Sequence record: AY753669.1
Reading direction: 5' to 3' (one strand)
DNA: 7,644 nt
Source: Escherichia phage D6
The translations under genes were made by a program, and so were the position numbers. Position 1 is the first letter of the stretch. Each line of letters starts with the position of its first letter. The notes under the pieces were generated by a model, which saw only the letters and a list, made by a program, of their open reading frames with translations, did not search any database and was not told the DNA's origin. Positions 6,540 to 7,644 of this stretch are shown one piece after another.

Positions 6540-7012
6540 AAACTTATTACCCATCTCTGAATTGTTACCCGTCTTCCTATCCAGGATTGTCCGGGAAGCT
6601 GTTAGCTCTATTAGCTAAAGCACCTACGGAATGGTTTAAGCCAGTCGTTATCAATCCACACTTCCTGGATTACGGATCTGTTCGCACTCGTAACGAACTC
6701 AAAAACCTACTGGCGCATGGATTCATTCGACACCGTGCCGGTAAAGGCTATCAGTTATCGATTGCGCCAGAAGAGGCCGTGCGGCTATTCGCATATCGTG
6801 ACAGCCAGACAAAAGCTCGGGTAATAGCTCAAATACTTCATAACGGCAGCACCTATGCCCGCCAGTTTGGCGGCGACACGTCGCAGTTCTTGCGGGCGGT
6901 GCGATCGCTGGAGGAGCAAGGAGTTATTGAAAGTTCCTGTCTTCCTGTTCCAACCGTTCCACATATCAAACGTCGGGTTTACACCTTCACGCAGAGAGCT
7001 AAAAAACAATGA
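6536..7012 (+). CDS. hypothetical protein (158 aa), GTG start, translationally coupled both upstream and downstream
   Basis: ORF in the track; GTGA overlap with the previous ORF and ATGA overlap (7009..7012) with the dUTPase-like gene. Composition is protein-like; no motif recognised with confidence. Confidence 0.55.
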   Translation: MKTYYPSLNCYPSSYPGLSGKLLALLAKAPTEWFKPVVINPHFLDYGSVRTRNELKNLLAHGFIRHRAGKGYQLSIAPEEAVRLFAYRDSQTKARVIAQILHNGSTYARQFGGDTSQFLRAVRSLEEQGVIESSCLPVPTVPHIKRRVYTFTQRAKKQ

Positions 7013-7455
7013 TTTACGTAAAAGTGAAACGCCTACATCCGGCAGCAAAACTTCCAGCTTATGCCACCTCCGGATCGGCGGCGATGGATTTTGAGGCTGT
7101 TGAAATAAAACCATGTGTCGATAGCAATGGTGCAATTTCCTCAAGCTGGTGGGTGTACACCGGATTGGCTATGGAGATCCCGCCCGGCTGGTGTCTGAAA
7201 CTCTATCCGCGATCCGGATTGGGCTGCAAAAAACATACTCGCCTGGCTAACTGCGTAGGAATTATCGACTCCGATTATCGCGGCGAAATCATGGCAAAAC
7301 TGATTACTGATCCGGCTATTCGCCATATCATTGAGCGTAAGATACGTACATCACGTGAAGCAATGGCAAGGCTGGATAAAATGGATCTGCAATTTCCTCA
7401 AGCTGGTGGGTGTACACCGGATTGGCTATGGAGATCCCGCCCGGCTGGTGTCTGA
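7009..7455 (+). CDS. dut: dUTPase-family gene (trimeric dUTPase motifs I-III) whose 3' part is replaced or disrupted after codon 100
   Basis: N-terminal 100 aa carry dUTPase hallmarks: ..LPAYATSGSAAMDF.. (motif I region), YPRSGLG (motif II), GIIDSDYRGE (motif III). Motifs IV and V are absent. From 7309 the reading frame runs into the inverted 79-bp copy of the 345-aa gene fragment (reading DPAIRHIIERKIRTSREAMARLDKMDL) and then into an out-of-frame second copy of dut sequence, ending at 7455. The 148-aa ORF as drawn is therefore chimeric; it may be a pseudogene or an artefact. Confidence 0.55.
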   Translation: MIYVKVKRLHPAAKLPAYATSGSAAMDFEAVEIKPCVDSNGAISSSWWVYTGLAMEIPPGWCLKLYPRSGLGCKKHTRLANCVGIIDSDYRGEIMAKLITDPAIRHIIERKIRTSREAMARLDKMDLQFPQAGGCTPDWLWRSRPAGV

Positions 7456-7644
7456 AACTCTATCCGCGATCCGGATTGGGCTGCAAAAAACATACTCGCC
7501 TGGCTAACTGCGTAGGAATTATCGACTCCGATTATCGCGGCGAAATCATGGCAAAACTGATTACTGATCCGGCTATTCGCCATATCATTGAGCGTAAGAT
7601 ACGTACATCACGTGAAGCAATGGCAAGGCTGGATAAAATGGATC
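7131..7644. repeat. perfect tandem direct duplication, 2 x 257 bp (7131..7387 and 7388..7644), ending exactly at the window edge
   Basis: Seen in sequence: the two copies are identical base for base. Each copy is 178 bp of dut coding sequence plus the 79-bp inverted fragment of the 345-aa gene. The identical antisense 61-aa ORFs at 7141..7326 and 7398..7583 in the track are a by-product. Confidence 0.9.
7309..7387. repeat. inverted copy of 3807..3885 (79 bp, GATC-bounded); a second identical copy lies at 7566..7644
   Basis: Exact reverse-complement identity to 3807..3885, verified by hand. Confidence 0.9.

Noticed and set aside
602-7583. Numerous additional ORFs in the six-frame track (e.g. 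602..883 -, 739..1026 -, 1540..1854 -, 1620..2105 +, 2122..2607 -, 2726..3106 +, 3725..3973 +, 4141..4724 + cluster, 5190..5525 +, 5395..5934 -, 6216..6554 -, 6785..7144 -, 7141..7326 -, 7398..7583 -)
   Set aside because: All lie inside or antisense to the longer, motif-supported genes (pacA, pacB, 345-aa gene, dre, dut), and their translations are low-complexity (Ser/Arg/Cys/Phe-rich). They are treated as frame-shadow ORFs. The two identical 61-aa ORFs merely reflect the tandem duplication.
7131-7644. Diversity-generating retroelement (template/variable repeat pair) or CRISPR-like array as explanation for the repeats
   Set aside because: The copies are 100% identical with no adenine-specific substitutions; there are only two long copies, no short spacer-repeat periodicity, and no reverse transcriptase or cas gene nearby.
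1-7644. tRNA, rRNA, insertion sequence or transposase
   Set aside because: No cloverleaf-like or rRNA-like segments, no terminal inverted repeats flanking a transposase-like ORF; the only recombinase is the Cre-family protein with its cognate site.

Overview
The window reads as the packaging / immunity / site-specific-recombination region of a P1-family temperate phage or phage-plasmid, and its core is a known system rather than an undescribed one. On the + strand a translationally coupled operon runs from a 130-aa ORF through a small-terminase-like gene (pacA-like, HTH N-terminus, acidic tail) to a large terminase (pacB-like, Walker A/B motifs). A convergent 345-aa gene on the - strand sits where P1 carries its c1 repressor. 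An AT-rich divergent control region contains a 32-bp site that is an exact match to the rox site as I recall it, followed by a Cre-family tyrosine recombinase I recognise as Dre, described from P1-related Salmonella phage D6. Downstream are two overlapping small ORFs of unknown function and a dUTPase-like gene. Three signals are not explained by that gene map: (1) a 16-bp AT-rich motif recurring at four intergenic positions next to gene starts, a candidate operator; (2) a cluster of GATC hexamers in the 5' third of pacA, a candidate pac cleavage site; (3) a rearranged 3' end where the dUTPase gene is interrupted by an inverted 79-bp copy of an internal fragment of the 345-aa gene, and the resulting 257-bp unit is perfectly tandem-duplicated up to the last base of the window. 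The third may be a cloning or assembly chimera and needs read-level checking. All calls are from reading the sequence and from memory of the families involved; no searches were run.
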